From a virus (taxonomy: Duplodnaviria > Caudoviricetes): 64,000 nt of DNA. Positions within the stretch are counted from its first letter, which is position 1, and every line of letters starts with the position of its first letter. The position numbers and the translations under genes were made by a program. Shown here piece by piece: positions 44,767 through 55,162 of this stretch. The notes under the pieces are model-generated. The model worked only from the letters and a program-made list of their open reading frames with translations. It ran no database searches and was not told the DNA's origin. The stretch spans positions 1 through 64,000 of IMG/VR virus record IMGVR_UViG_2595698517_000001; one strand, given 5' to 3'.

Positions 44767-45156
44767 TTAAAGGCTGTCGATTCTAGCTTGGATTTCCGCA
44801 GCAGACAAATTCTTTAATTCTTCGTTTTGCTTATCTGCTAAGATTGCCATTAATTTTTGCTTCTCTTCTTTCTTAGCTTTAGCTTCTTGTAGTGCTTCCT
44901 TCTCAGACACTTTCACTGTGTAGATGTACTTCACAATTTCAACCTTTAATTCAAGCTCTTTGTCTTTAGTCGTTTTTACTTTCGTTAAGCTTTCCTCAGA
45001 CACTTGCTTTAACTCAGCGTTAAGCGTTTTGAATACTGCATCTAACTGAGTTGGTGTTAAATCCCATAAGTCGATTACTGAAATCAAACCTCGGAATGGG
45101 AAAAGCATTTTCGTACGTGTAGCTACCTCAAATAATTTGTCAGTTGTGTTTGTCAT
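44767..45156 (-). CDS. Conserved phage hypothetical protein
   Basis: FPFRGLISVIDLWDL; coiled coil. Confidence 0.8.
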   Translation of the reverse strand: MTNTTDKLFEVATRTKMLFPFRGLISVIDLWDLTPTQLDAVFKTLNAELKQVSEESLTKVKTTKDKELELKVEIVKYIYTVKVSEKEALQEAKAKKEEKQKLMAILADKQNEELKNLSAAEIQARIDSL

Positions 45157-45191
45157 AATAATTCACTACTCCTCTTCTTTAATTAGTTTTA

Positions 45192-47225
45192 TTAGAATTT
45201 TACTTTTACTACTCGTTCTGTTTGACCCTTAACCTTGATTAACACTTCGTTGCGCTTCGTAGATGAGAAACCTACACCTGATAACTGGTCTTCAACTTGC
45301 TTAACTGCCATTTTGCTACCTAACGCTTCGAATACTCGTTTATGTGGTAACAAGTCAGCTTTTAAGAACTCGTTGTAGAAACCATTTGGATTCTCAGGGT
45401 TCACGCAATCTTTCAGCATGAAGAAGTAATGCTTGTGACCAATTCCTTGTTGCTCGTCCCAATAGTTAGGAGAGAACATCGCTACTGATACTGGGATGAA
45501 TTGGTTCGTTTTAAGACCCCATACATCCTTAGAAGACAAGCTAGATGGTAATTTCTCTGTGATAGTGAAGTTAGTACCATCAAAGTATACTTCTGCAACT
45601 TCAACGTTTTCACCGTCACGTAATGGTTGTGTGTACTCGAATGCGAATACTTGTCCATCAAATTCAACCTCAGCTTTGAAGCCAGTACGTCCACCACGGT
45701 TGTTGTAGTTATTTACCACGAAGCGGTATTTACCTGGTTGCATTCTAGCTTTAGAAGCCCATGTGATGTTCTCTACAGCAGGTGTACCTTGTGTTGGGTG
45801 GATAATATCTACGTCTAACTTGCCGCCAGTGAATCGGCTAACTTTGCTACCGAAGTAGATACGGTTTCCGTTTGGTTCGAAGCAATGAGCATCCAGGTCG
45901 TTACCATCGTACTCCTCATCGTTCCATTGGATAGAGAATCGTAACACACCATCGACTTTACCGCCCGCAGACTTTACATTTTCTTTCATAGAGCTGTCTG
46001 TGATGTTACCTGAGTAAGCCCAACTGAAAGCGTTGTTCCATTTGAATAGCGTATTGCCTGTGTTGTGTTCAGGTGCGATCAGTGAAACCATGTTACTTGC
46101 GTGCTTGTTCTCTAAGTATAGCTCTAACTCTTGTGCTGTTGGTAATACGTTAGCTAAGAAAGCTTCGATAGAGATTTCTTCAACTCGTGCAAACTTTTTA
46201 GGGTTAACAGCTACTTCATTCATCATCTCTTCGAACACATTACCTGCCATACGTTTAGCAGCAAACTTGTTAGAGAATAGGACGTTATTGACTGTGATGT
46301 CTTCTAAGCGTGCATAACGTCTTCCTAGCTCGTCCATTAAGCCTAGCTCTTGAATTGTCTTTTGTGCTTCTTCTAACATCTTCTTAGTGAAGATTGCTTT
46401 AGGGCGCTTATAGTTAGCAGGAGCCACGATTACTTCATATTTCTTAACCGCTGTATCTAAATCCATACCTTCACTGATATTGACAAGTAAAGTACCGATA
46501 CTGTGGTTACGAATCTTACCGATCGCACTTCCGATGCGTACTGACTGTTCCCAAGCCCAGTTTTCTCTAGCTGAAGGCTCTAATACATCGTATGCTTGTT
46601 TGAAAGCAAGGAACTGAGTTAAGACCTTTTGCCATTCTGCACCTTTGTATAAGGAGTTCTGAGCGATCAGGTCTAATACGGTAACGATACTCTCTTCAGA
46701 GATTTCATCCAGTGAGCGCTTGAATACATTTCGTACATCTCGAAGTCCACCACGGATTTCAGCTTCTGAGCGGCTGCTGCGGTTAACAAATTTATCAGGT
46801 AAGTCTACATGTAAATGCTGCCAGTCGTAAATTTGTGCACCTACTTGCTCAAGGTTACTATCAGTACCAATCTTCTTGAACTTGTTAACCCATACGTCTG
46901 TAACTGCATGTCCTTTAATGAAGCGTGATAGAGCGTCTAATACTGGTTGGAATGTTGTACTTTCCACTTGGAAGTCCCAAATAGTGTGTACTTTGTTATC
47001 CTTGATAACTACTACATTACCCATGTTACGAATGAAGTTTCGGCAAGCGCTGCAATCGTACTCTCTACGCTCACGGAATACTTGGTTAGTTCCTTCAGGG
47101 AAACTATCTAAATATAAGTCCCACATTACATCCTTGTCTACTTCTACTTCAAATAAATGGTCAACCTCTTGTACTAAGCCTTTAAAGTTCTTTTTAAGTT
47201 CCTTTTTAAATTGTTTGAATTCCAT
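45192..47225 (-). CDS. Large conserved phage protein with YfaP-like C-terminal domain
   Basis: DCSACRNFI; DLDAHC...GKLDVD...AVENITW. Confidence 0.8.
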   Translation of the reverse strand: MEFKQFKKELKKNFKGLVQEVDHLFEVEVDKDVMWDLYLDSFPEGTNQVFRERREYDCSACRNFIRNMGNVVVIKDNKVHTIWDFQVESTTFQPVLDALSRFIKGHAVTDVWVNKFKKIGTDSNLEQVGAQIYDWQHLHVDLPDKFVNRSSRSEAEIRGGLRDVRNVFKRSLDEISEESIVTVLDLIAQNSLYKGAEWQKVLTQFLAFKQAYDVLEPSARENWAWEQSVRIGSAIGKIRNHSIGTLLVNISEGMDLDTAVKKYEVIVAPANYKRPKAIFTKKMLEEAQKTIQELGLMDELGRRYARLEDITVNNVLFSNKFAAKRMAGNVFEEMMNEVAVNPKKFARVEEISIEAFLANVLPTAQELELYLENKHASNMVSLIAPEHNTGNTLFKWNNAFSWAYSGNITDSSMKENVKSAGGKVDGVLRFSIQWNDEEYDGNDLDAHCFEPNGNRIYFGSKVSRFTGGKLDVDIIHPTQGTPAVENITWASKARMQPGKYRFVVNNYNNRGGRTGFKAEVEFDGQVFAFEYTQPLRDGENVEVAEVYFDGTNFTITEKLPSSLSSKDVWGLKTNQFIPVSVAMFSPNYWDEQQGIGHKHYFFMLKDCVNPENPNGFYNEFLKADLLPHKRVFEALGSKMAVKQVEDQLSGVGFSSTKRNEVLIKVKGQTERVVKVKF

Positions 47226-47251
47226 TTCAATCTCTCCCTTTTAATTGTTTT

Positions 47252-47470
47252 TTATTGGTTTTTATTTACTAAGAATAACTCATTTGCATAAGGACTAACT
47301 ACTAGCATTTGAACGTGATACTGGTTCTGCGGGCAGTTTAGCATAGGCTCGTCCTTCCTGGTAACACCTAACATGATTTTTGTATCAAAACCAACGTCAG
47401 GAGTATCCATCGCCCATTCTATAAGCTCACCTATAGTTAGGACTTTATTAATCTGTTTACTCGATGCCAT
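47252..47470 (-). CDS. Hypothetical protein
   Basis: RBS AAGGTG. Confidence 0.6.
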   Translation of the reverse strand: MASSKQINKVLTIGELIEWAMDTPDVGFDTKIMLGVTRKDEPMLNCPQNQYHVQMLVVSPYANELFLVNKNQ

Positions 47471-47756
47471 TAAAACTCACCTTCTTCATGTTCAATCTCT
47501 GCAATCGTTATGTAAATCGCCCCTCGAACATGGTCTTTCACATGATCGAGAGAACCGACAGCCATTCTCTTGTTGCCATCTGCTAAGTGTTTTTCTGCTA
47601 AGTCTAAGAAGTGTCTAGCTTTTTGTATTTTCTCCGCTGTTAACTCCATTTTCTTCTCCCCCTGATTCCCCTACTTACCTGCTTTGTAATCTGCAATCAA
47701 TTTAGTAATTTCGTAAACACCGTTTTCTAAAGCTACCATAACATGGTCACCTCCCT

Positions 47757-47948
47757 TCAGTGGTTATTCTTATTTCGTTCACGTTCTTGTCGTCTACCCT
47801 CTAACTGCCAACCGATGATTCCTGCGGCTACGATCGAACCGATTATCAGGAATCCTGGGAAAAACACCAGGAGTACGAGGAACGCTACTACCATACCGAT
47901 GACTGCAAACACTGCGCCTATAACTTCCATAGGGTTCATGTCCAACAC
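47757..47948 (-). CDS. Small membrane protein
   Basis: TM hairpin; TTGACT promoter near 47998. Confidence 0.65.
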   Translation of the reverse strand: MLDMNPMEVIGAVFAVIGMVVAFLVLLVFFPGFLIIGSIVAAGIIGWQLEGRRQERERNKNNH

Positions 47949-48024
47949 CTTCCTTGTTATGTTATATACTCATTGTAACAGGGTGTTTACTGCTAGTCAA
48001 CTATATAATTAAGTTTTTTCCAAA

Positions 48025-48411
48025 TTAATGAATAACTTCTAAACTTATACCGTGGTTGGTTAGTTCTTCTACTACTTTTTCCTTGCTTTTGGTCTTTGTA
48101 ACCATGCCTTGGAAATCCTTACGATGGAAGTAGAATAACCTAGCTACAGTTTCTACAGTAGCGGTGTTGTCAGGAAACTTAAAGTTATTTGGGAAGATTT
48201 CATTAAACTCTTTCCACTTAATCCACTCAGCTGTAATGTCTACAGTTCCTGAAGTGATCGTGTATTCAGACTCCTCATTGTCCCACCAGTTAATGTGGTT
48301 TACGTCTACTGCGTGATATATGCCAGGATCAGTTTCGTCTTTCTTAACGAATACTGCACCATGTACGAGTGTTTTAGAACTTTCATTACATTTCAACCAA
48401 TCTGTTTTCAT
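48025..48411 (-). CDS. Hypothetical protein
   Basis: RBS AAGGAG before MKTDW; promoter 48443-48471. Confidence 0.7.
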   Translation of the reverse strand: MKTDWLKCNESSKTLVHGAVFVKKDETDPGIYHAVDVNHINWWDNEESEYTITSGTVDITAEWIKWKEFNEIFPNNFKFPDNTATVETVARLFYFHRKDFQGMVTKTKSKEKVVEELTNHGISLEVIH

Positions 48412-48556
48412 CTGTAACAGCTCCTTGTTATTTGGTAAGTTAAATATACCATGTTGTTTTCTAGAGGTCAATAACTTTTTTAAAAAATATAAAATAAATT
48501 ATAGACAAGTTATAGTCATAAGAAAACCCTATCCAATTGTAGATAGGGTCTCGGTA

Positions 48557-48802
48557 TTATTCGTTAATTTTCTTACATCCTTTAGGCTTTCCATACTCAT
48601 CTAAACGCACAGTCATACCGCCTTTACCTGCATAACCACTTGTGCTGTCTCTATATAGATACTCACAGCCTGTCTCTTTATCAACATACGCATGGATAAC
48701 TTTCGTGCTCTCTGACTTTTGTACATCAGTTGGGGGCGGAGAGTCATCACACCCTGCTAGTGCCAACGTTAATATACCTAAAACTGCTAATAGCTTTTTC
48801 AT
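48557..48802 (-). CDS. Lipoprotein (DUF6440-like)
   Basis: LAGC lipobox; VDKETGCEYL...GGMTVRLD..GKP. Confidence 0.75.
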   Translation of the reverse strand: MKKLLAVLGILTLALAGCDDSPPPTDVQKSESTKVIHAYVDKETGCEYLYRDSTSGYAGKGGMTVRLDEYGKPKGCKKINE

Positions 48803-48814
48803 TGCTTGTCCTCC

Positions 48815-49324
48815 TCAATCTGTTCTTGGTTTACACCAAAGTTTTTTAAACGGGCTGTAACTACTAGCTATCTTGGCTACTTCAGAACGGGAGAGAGGTG
48901 GCGTTGTTGCTGCTTCCTCTTCTGTCCACTTTCTCCTGCTCTTAAATAGGCGGTAATATAACGTAGTGTATTGTATACCGTTTAACCTTGCTCGTTCAAT
49001 TAATTCGTCACTAATGTAACGTTTTTTCGCTTTGCGGGCTCTTGCAGACTGTTCGCTGCGTGTCCTAACCTTTTCAGTTGCTGCACGTTCAGGTGTGTAC
49101 CCGAAGTTTAGTCTTGTATTGAAGGTGTCCCAACATATACCATTACTCAATGCAACTTCCTTCCATTCAGACCAACCCGTGTCAGTGTTACGTACAGGTT
49201 TAGTGATCGCTTTTTCTTTTGAAAACCCTTGATGATAAAACCGATTATGTGCTAGTTCCCTATGTATTCCATTCTTCTCTGCGATGTCGAAATCTTCAGG
49301 TGTAAGATAGCCTTCAGTAATCAT
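48815..49324 (-). CDS. DNA-binding repeat protein (PVL ORF50-like)
   Basis: Three A..NGI....R...G/W..E.A.T repeats. Confidence 0.75.
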   Translation of the reverse strand: MITEGYLTPEDFDIAEKNGIHRELAHNRFYHQGFSKEKAITKPVRNTDTGWSEWKEVALSNGICWDTFNTRLNFGYTPERAATEKVRTRSEQSARARKAKKRYISDELIERARLNGIQYTTLYYRLFKSRRKWTEEEAATTPPLSRSEVAKIASSYSPFKKLWCKPRTD

Positions 49325-49338
49325 GCTACTCTCCCCCT

Positions 49339-49707
49339 TTAATTATTCTCCTTTTGTATAAAATGTGCTGCTGTGTACCTCATTCCATTAACCCAAGCTA
49401 CCACAAACGGAAATCGGTGGTTATCAGGCTCGAAGTTTGAGTGCTTAAGTGGGTACCTTAAGGACATTTCGAGTGCTAGTTTCTTTAGACTAACCATTAA
49501 GTGCGGGTGTTTTTCTTCCCAACTTAAATATTCATCTTCTACTTGGTTTAAAAACCAGTCATACCCGTTTCGAGTGATATTCGAAATATTAAAGGAAACC
49601 TCTATCCTATGAACTTTTGAACCTGAAATGATAGCTCTGTGTGAAGGCAAGCACGTATACGCAGGTACACATTCTCCATTTTCGATGTTAAAGTACAGTT
49701 CTTTCAC
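49339..49707 (-). CDS. Hypothetical protein
   Basis: RBS AAGGAGG. Confidence 0.65.
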   Translation of the reverse strand: MKELYFNIENGECVPAYTCLPSHRAIISGSKVHRIEVSFNISNITRNGYDWFLNQVEDEYLSWEEKHPHLMVSLKKLALEMSLRYPLKHSNFEPDNHRFPFVVAWVNGMRYTAAHFIQKENN

Positions 49708-49916
49708 TCTACACCCTCCTTTTCCAAGTAGCTAATAACTTCTTTCATTTCGGCTATTGTCATATCTGTTAGGTTTGGTACATATCCTAATACTGTACCT
49801 AGTACAAACCGTTTCTCCTTTAGCTTGTACCCTTTTTCTTTAAACAGTTTATTCATTACTCTCTTGGTCTCGTTGTGAGCCTGGAAAAACATATACATTT
49901 TAATTCTCCCCTTCAA
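49704..49916 (-). CDS. Hypothetical protein
   Basis: Co-directional ORF. Confidence 0.6.
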   Translation of the reverse strand: MKGRIKMYMFFQAHNETKRVMNKLFKEKGYKLKEKRFVLGTVLGYVPNLTDMTIAEMKEVISYLEKEGVE

Positions 49917-50139
49917 AATAAAGACTGTATAGTCTTTTATATTCTTTTTTAATAAACGTTACTTGTGTTGCAGTTCTAACATTGAAGAATCTCTGCTGTA
50001 CATATTTGAAGTCCACATGATCGATGCTTGCAGGTGGAGCAGGGAAATAGGTAGAAGCACATACACCACTACCTGTTGTATAATAAACCCTAAGCCCTCC
50101 GTCACTACGTCTAACAAATTCCAAAGTAGGTCTCATCAT
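49900..50139 (-). CDS. Hypothetical protein
   Basis: Co-directional ORF. Confidence 0.6.
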   Translation of the reverse strand: MMRPTLEFVRRSDGGLRVYYTTGSGVCASTYFPAPPASIDHVDFKYVQQRFFNVRTATQVTFIKKEYKRLYSLYFEGEN

Positions 50140-50552
50140 TTTTCGTCCTGCTCCATTCGTCCATAAGCTCGTGTAGCAAGTGCTCGTAGCTTCTCAGATA
50201 TGTCTAACGCTTGCTGCGGTGATAAGTACAAGTCCAGTATGTCATGTGCGTTAATATCCATGTTAATGTTGTTGTGGTAATCGAGACTGAAATCAATAAT
50301 ACCTTCGTCTCCTTCTAAGTGGTATCGTTCCACCAGGTTAAGCTCTGTGTAAGGAACCTGGTGACCACATTCATTAAACCAAGCATGTATTGCGTACGAC
50401 TGACCATGTACCGTTAACGTATCGATGTAAGGTTTCCCCATTTTCTTACCACATTTAGGACATTCCCATAAAGCTACTACAGTTTTTGTACCGATAACTG
50501 CTAACCTTCCTTTAGGGTCTACTATAGGAACGATGATTGTTTCTTCTCTCAT
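50136..50552 (-). CDS. Zn-finger protein (paralogue of 50549-50827)
   Basis: WECPKCG...HAW..CGH. Confidence 0.7.
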   Translation of the reverse strand: MREETIIVPIVDPKGRLAVIGTKTVVALWECPKCGKKMGKPYIDTLTVHGQSYAIHAWFNECGHQVPYTELNLVERYHLEGDEGIIDFSLDYHNNINMDINAHDILDLYLSPQQALDISEKLRALATRAYGRMEQDEK

Positions 50553-50827
50553 TTTGTTTCCTCCTTCACTTCTTTTAATTCATCATAACGTAAGATATGG
50601 TTGCAAGGTGTATCCCATTTATGTACTTCGTAGGAGTTACCTAATAAGTCTTCTAAAGCTTCTAAGTGCGGTTCAGGCATATCACCGCCACATTCAGGAC
50701 ACTTCCATTCAACTATGATTGTTTCAGTTAGATGCCCCTCTCTAAATAATCTTTCATTTCTGTTTGGAATAACAATTGTTTTGCTTTTCATAATAAATCC
50801 TCCTATACTCCTATCTCTTTTAGCCAT
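50549..50827 (-). CDS. Zn-finger protein
   Basis: WKCPECG...HKW..CNH. Confidence 0.7.
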   Translation of the reverse strand: MAKRDRSIGGFIMKSKTIVIPNRNERLFREGHLTETIIVEWKCPECGGDMPEPHLEALEDLLGNSYEVHKWDTPCNHILRYDELKEVKEETK

Positions 50828-51051
50828 TCATTGCTGCTTGTGTAAAAGTTGGCTACATATGTTTGACCGATGTATTCTGTTTGAACAAAACGTATTGCGC
50901 CTTTTAACGAACCTTTAAACTCTAGAAGTTCTATGTTTGATCTGTCGGTATACGACCGTGCAGGAAACGTAATATCAATCTTAAAGGTATCGTTCCATAG
51001 GCTTTTCTTTTCCTTCATAAGAACACCTCCTATAACTCGTCTGTAACTCAT
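50803..51051 (-). CDS. Hypothetical protein
   Basis: RBS AGGAGG; TTGACT promoter near 51083. Confidence 0.65.
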   Translation of the reverse strand: MSYRRVIGGVLMKEKKSLWNDTFKIDITFPARSYTDRSNIELLEFKGSLKGAIRFVQTEYIGQTYVANFYTSSNEWLKEIGV

Positions 51052-51142
51052 GACCTTATTGTATAATCATAGTGTCTATAAGTCAACAACAAATTTAAAA
51101 TAAATGAAAAAGAGTGAACCCATAACGGGCTCACCCTGTAGC

Positions 51143-51883
51143 TTACTTCTCTGAATTAGCGACCTTCTCTTGTTGCTGTTGTTGTAGCGGTTTCAACTTA
51201 GCTACTTCGTCACGGTACTCTTTTAACTTAGCTTCTAAATCTGCGATCTGTTTATCCTTCTCTTTACCTGCGCTCTTAGCTTCGTCTAACTCTTTCTTCG
51301 TTTGAGCCAGGATTACTTGCGTATTCTTCAATTGTTGCTCTGTAGCTTTTAACGTTTCTTTCAGTGTATTAATAGTAGCTAGTTGCTCTGCATTTACTTT
51401 TTCTAAGCCTTCAACTTTATCCTGTAACCCTTTAACTTGCCCCTCTAGCTCTGCGATACAAGCTGTTAACTTATCGATTGTAAGATTCTTGTTAGCGATG
51501 TCTTGCTGTAGCTTCTTAACCTGTTCTGTGAATGCTGCAACCTCACCATTTAACTTTTCAATCTCCTGGTCTTTCTGTTGGTTAGAAGCCTTCAGATCAC
51601 TGTTTGCTTTTTCTAAATCTGCAACTGCTTTGTTTAGTTCTTTAATCGTTCCATTCTTGCTTACTACTTTAGCTGTTAGTTCGTTGCTCCATGATTGGAA
51701 TGCTACTAAGTCCTGTGTATTGTCATTTAAGTACCCGCTTGCTCCTGCCCCGCCAACTGCTCCTACTAATAATGCTGCTGTTAAAGCTCCACCTAATAAT
51801 ACTTTCTGTTTCATGTTTTTCATTTGTAATTCCTCCCTAGTGTCTTCTGTTTTGTTGTGGCTCTCTCCCACACGATATAGCAT
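51143..51883 (-). CDS. Signal-peptide/TM-anchored long coiled-coil protein
   Basis: MKNMKQKVLLGGALTAALL then heptad repeats. Confidence 0.8.
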   Translation of the reverse strand: MLYRVGESHNKTEDTREELQMKNMKQKVLLGGALTAALLVGAVGGAGASGYLNDNTQDLVAFQSWSNELTAKVVSKNGTIKELNKAVADLEKANSDLKASNQQKDQEIEKLNGEVAAFTEQVKKLQQDIANKNLTIDKLTACIAELEGQVKGLQDKVEGLEKVNAEQLATINTLKETLKATEQQLKNTQVILAQTKKELDEAKSAGKEKDKQIADLEAKLKEYRDEVAKLKPLQQQQQEKVANSEK

Positions 51884-52010
51884 ATGGAGTTAATTTGTAA
51901 AGTAGAACTAAAATTTGTTTTCTGTTAGAAAATAACTTATTTGTCTCCGCTACTAGGTAAAGGTGATGATTGTGTTATATTAGAAGAAAGAACATAAGGA
52001 GTGCATATTC

Positions 52011-52763
52011 ATGGCAATTACATATGAAGAAGTTAGACAAGCCTTTACAGACAGAGGTTACACCTTATTAGCTACAGAGTATAAGAACGCTAGAACAAAA
52101 ATGGAGTACAAATGTAGCAAGCACCCCCAGGACAGACAACATGTTACCTGGGATAAGTTTAAGAATAGAGGACAAGGTTGTAAGTATTGTGCAATAGATG
52201 CTAGGAGAGACAAATACAAGTTACCGTTTGAGACAGTCAAAAAGGCTTTCGAAGATAAAGGATACATCTTATTAGAAGATAACTACATCAATAATAGTAC
52301 GCACATGAGGTACATATGCCCTAAACATCCTGATAAAGAACAAAAGATAGTATATAATTCTTTAAAGCAAGGTAATGGGTGCAAGTTCTGCGGTATAGAA
52401 TCGGGTGTCAAGAATAGAGTAGCACAAGGGCACCCTTGGTCTGCACGAGGAGAGAAGCATTACAGATGGAATGATAAATTGACTGACGAAGACAGGGAAG
52501 CTAATAAAAGTAGACATGGGCTTCCAGGTTATATGCCTTGGATCAGATCGGTCTTTAAAAAAGATAATTATACTTGTCAGAAGTGTAATGCAAGAGGGGT
52601 AGGGCTAGAAGCACACCATAAGGACGGGTGGAGTTGGTGTGAAGAGAGACGCTTTGATGTGACTAATGGAGCTACGTTATGTATAGAGTGCCATAAGGAT
52701 TTTCATGATAAGTATGGATACGGGGACAATACAGAACAACAGTACAAAGAGTGGGTGAAATAA
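52011..52763 (+). CDS. HNH homing endonuclease with N-terminal zinc-ribbon repeats
   Basis: Two GY.LL...Y.N....M.Y.C..H...GC..C repeats; DNYTCQKC...AHH...NGATLC..CH..FH; opposite strand to neighbours. Confidence 0.88.
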   Translation: MAITYEEVRQAFTDRGYTLLATEYKNARTKMEYKCSKHPQDRQHVTWDKFKNRGQGCKYCAIDARRDKYKLPFETVKKAFEDKGYILLEDNYINNSTHMRYICPKHPDKEQKIVYNSLKQGNGCKFCGIESGVKNRVAQGHPWSARGEKHYRWNDKLTDEDREANKSRHGLPGYMPWIRSVFKKDNYTCQKCNARGVGLEAHHKDGWSWCEERRFDVTNGATLCIECHKDFHDKYGYGDNTEQQYKEWVK

Positions 52764-52770
52764 CCCACTC

Positions 52771-55044
52771 TTATTTTTTGCTCTTATATCTAGCCAATGT
52801 TAATTCATCTATTGTTAGTTCGTACCCTTTAGCTTTAGACTTGTGTTTAGTTAGCCAACCCTCTTCAACTAGACGATTCATTAGCGCAGTTAATGTTTCT
52901 GCTTTTATTTTCATTAGATTCCGTAATTCTCCTACCTTTGTTTCCTTTGTATCGGCTATAACTCCTTTCAATCTAGCTAGTAGGTCATCTTCTGTGATAA
53001 GGTACTCAACTGAATTATCTTCTTCAGCTTCTAAAGCGTTATCTAATATAGGAGCCACTGTGACGCTTGAGAAATAGTCCGTAATCTTTTGGAATACCTC
53101 CTCCTCTTTCTTCTCATCAGGGCTTACTATTCCCCCTTGGAATCGCTGAAATTCTTTTGACCAACCTTCAATCTTCATTACCCCGTCACCCCGTCCAAGA
53201 AGCGTGTGAGGGATACCTTTTGAAAAGACGGTCTTATAGTCTGTATTCCCATTTAGTTTGAAACTGATAGCATTGGGTATAACTGATTTGATGCGACCGC
53301 TGATAATGTCTGCGCTTGGTCTTTGTGTAGCAATTACCATATGAATACCTGCTGCTCGTGCTTTTTGTCCTAATCGTGCGATATATTCTTCAACTTCAGG
53401 GTTCATGTCCTGTAAGTCTGCGTACTCGTCAATTACACATACGATATATGGCATCTTCTTTTCCATCTTTTCATTATATAATTTGATGTTCTTTACTCCG
53501 TTTTCGCTGAACTGTGAATATCGTCTATCCATCTCCTTTGTAAGTTTACTTAGCATAGCTGCTGCTTTACCCATATCAGTAACTACATGCTCAACATGTG
53601 GCAGTCCTTTATAGTGACTAAGCTCTACCAGTTTCGGGTCAACCATATAGAATCTCAGTAACTCAGGAGGATAGGTGGAGAGTAGACATAGGATCAGTGT
53701 ATTCATAAATACCGACTTACCCGAACCTGTCGTACCCGCAATCATTAGATGCACTAGCTTACTTAAGGATAGGTATATAGGCTGATTAATTTCATCTACC
53801 CCGACAATGAAAGGGAGGTCTTGCTCTTCAGCAAAACTGTGGAACTCAGGAGCTTCTAATAACTCCCGAAGTCCTATAACAGAAGGCACTTTATTAGGGA
53901 GTGTAAAGCGCACCGTATCGGGGGTGTCGCCTTGTTCTATACTTAGGGACGCTACGCCTAATGCTGCCTGGATGTCCTTTGCCTTGCTTATAAGTTGAGT
54001 AAGGGTTTTACCTTTAGGAATACTACATTGGACTACGGAGAGCCTGATACCCGCAGTTATTGTGCTGTTTTCGACTCTAGCTTTGCTGACTAACCCAACT
54101 CGTTTCAAGGCTCCTGCAATATCTGCTACAATGCCCTCGTCTACTTCCACCTGTGGTCTATTGTATTCGGGAAGTAAACTAATTAGACCACCCGTTTTTA
54201 CCGCTTTCGGTACGATCGCTTCTTGTACCTCTGTCTGTACGTTATCTGCTATAATCAAGTCTCCACCAAATAAGGAAGCTATCTCTTTTCTGCTAAGTAT
54301 TTGTCCTTCTGTATCCGCAGTCATTAAGAAACTCAAGTACTCTTGTCTAAAACCCTTTGGCTTTCGTTTATACAAGCGTAATGCATTGTGGGAGTCATAT
54401 TGGCTTAGGATGAGCTCTAATCGCTTCCTAACGTCCTCAGGGGCTTCAGAATGTACGACTACTCTTAACTGAAACTGATACACCTCATCCATAATCTTTT
54501 CCTCTACTGCCTGGTTATAAGGTCGAGCCATATCAAATGACGATATTTTGTTCAGAACCTTAAGCATTTTATCCTGGAATCCTCTACCGAACCTGGAACC
54601 TAACGGATAGTCATTTCCTTCTAAGTAACTTGCGTATCTATCTATTGCATTTGTTCTCCAATCATCGTATCGTTTCCTAAATAGCCATTGTAATTCCACC
54701 AGTTCGTCTTCCTTCATATACATCTCAGACAAGGCATTCAATAAGAACCCGTTAAACTCCCCGTAGAGCGGTAGAAAGTTTGGTTCGACTAAATACCCTT
54801 CATAATACGTTAGTCCCTGCATACAGCCAATTACGATAGACTCACTGCTTGGTTTCTGTTCACCTAATCTTAAGAAAGAAGGAGTGACGAGCGTTGCGCC
54901 CATCACACCTGGTCGTAGACTTAATTCAACTCCGAATACACATTCACTTTCTTTTTCCATAATCTGCTCAAAAGCTTTGCCGATGTCTGTCACTTTAGAA
55001 TAGTAGTTGGAAAGATTCTTGGCATGTTTTGATTTAGTCCACAC
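52771..55044 (-). CDS. FtsK/SpoIIIE-family DNA translocase
   Basis: HLMIAGTTGSGKS, DPK, IDEYAD, ARAAGIH...ATQRP, LLGRGD. Confidence 0.92.
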   Translation of the reverse strand: MWTKSKHAKNLSNYYSKVTDIGKAFEQIMEKESECVFGVELSLRPGVMGATLVTPSFLRLGEQKPSSESIVIGCMQGLTYYEGYLVEPNFLPLYGEFNGFLLNALSEMYMKEDELVELQWLFRKRYDDWRTNAIDRYASYLEGNDYPLGSRFGRGFQDKMLKVLNKISSFDMARPYNQAVEEKIMDEVYQFQLRVVVHSEAPEDVRKRLELILSQYDSHNALRLYKRKPKGFRQEYLSFLMTADTEGQILSRKEIASLFGGDLIIADNVQTEVQEAIVPKAVKTGGLISLLPEYNRPQVEVDEGIVADIAGALKRVGLVSKARVENSTITAGIRLSVVQCSIPKGKTLTQLISKAKDIQAALGVASLSIEQGDTPDTVRFTLPNKVPSVIGLRELLEAPEFHSFAEEQDLPFIVGVDEINQPIYLSLSKLVHLMIAGTTGSGKSVFMNTLILCLLSTYPPELLRFYMVDPKLVELSHYKGLPHVEHVVTDMGKAAAMLSKLTKEMDRRYSQFSENGVKNIKLYNEKMEKKMPYIVCVIDEYADLQDMNPEVEEYIARLGQKARAAGIHMVIATQRPSADIISGRIKSVIPNAISFKLNGNTDYKTVFSKGIPHTLLGRGDGVMKIEGWSKEFQRFQGGIVSPDEKKEEEVFQKITDYFSSVTVAPILDNALEAEEDNSVEYLITEDDLLARLKGVIADTKETKVGELRNLMKIKAETLTALMNRLVEEGWLTKHKSKAKGYELTIDELTLARYKSKK

Positions 55045-55162
55045 GATTCTTCAGCTCCTTCATTATCATTACCGAATGTACCGCAGATACCGTAGCATTT
55101 GTTAATAACATCGTAAAATTTAAAAGCATAATCACTGTAGCTGTACTCATAATAAGTTCCCC

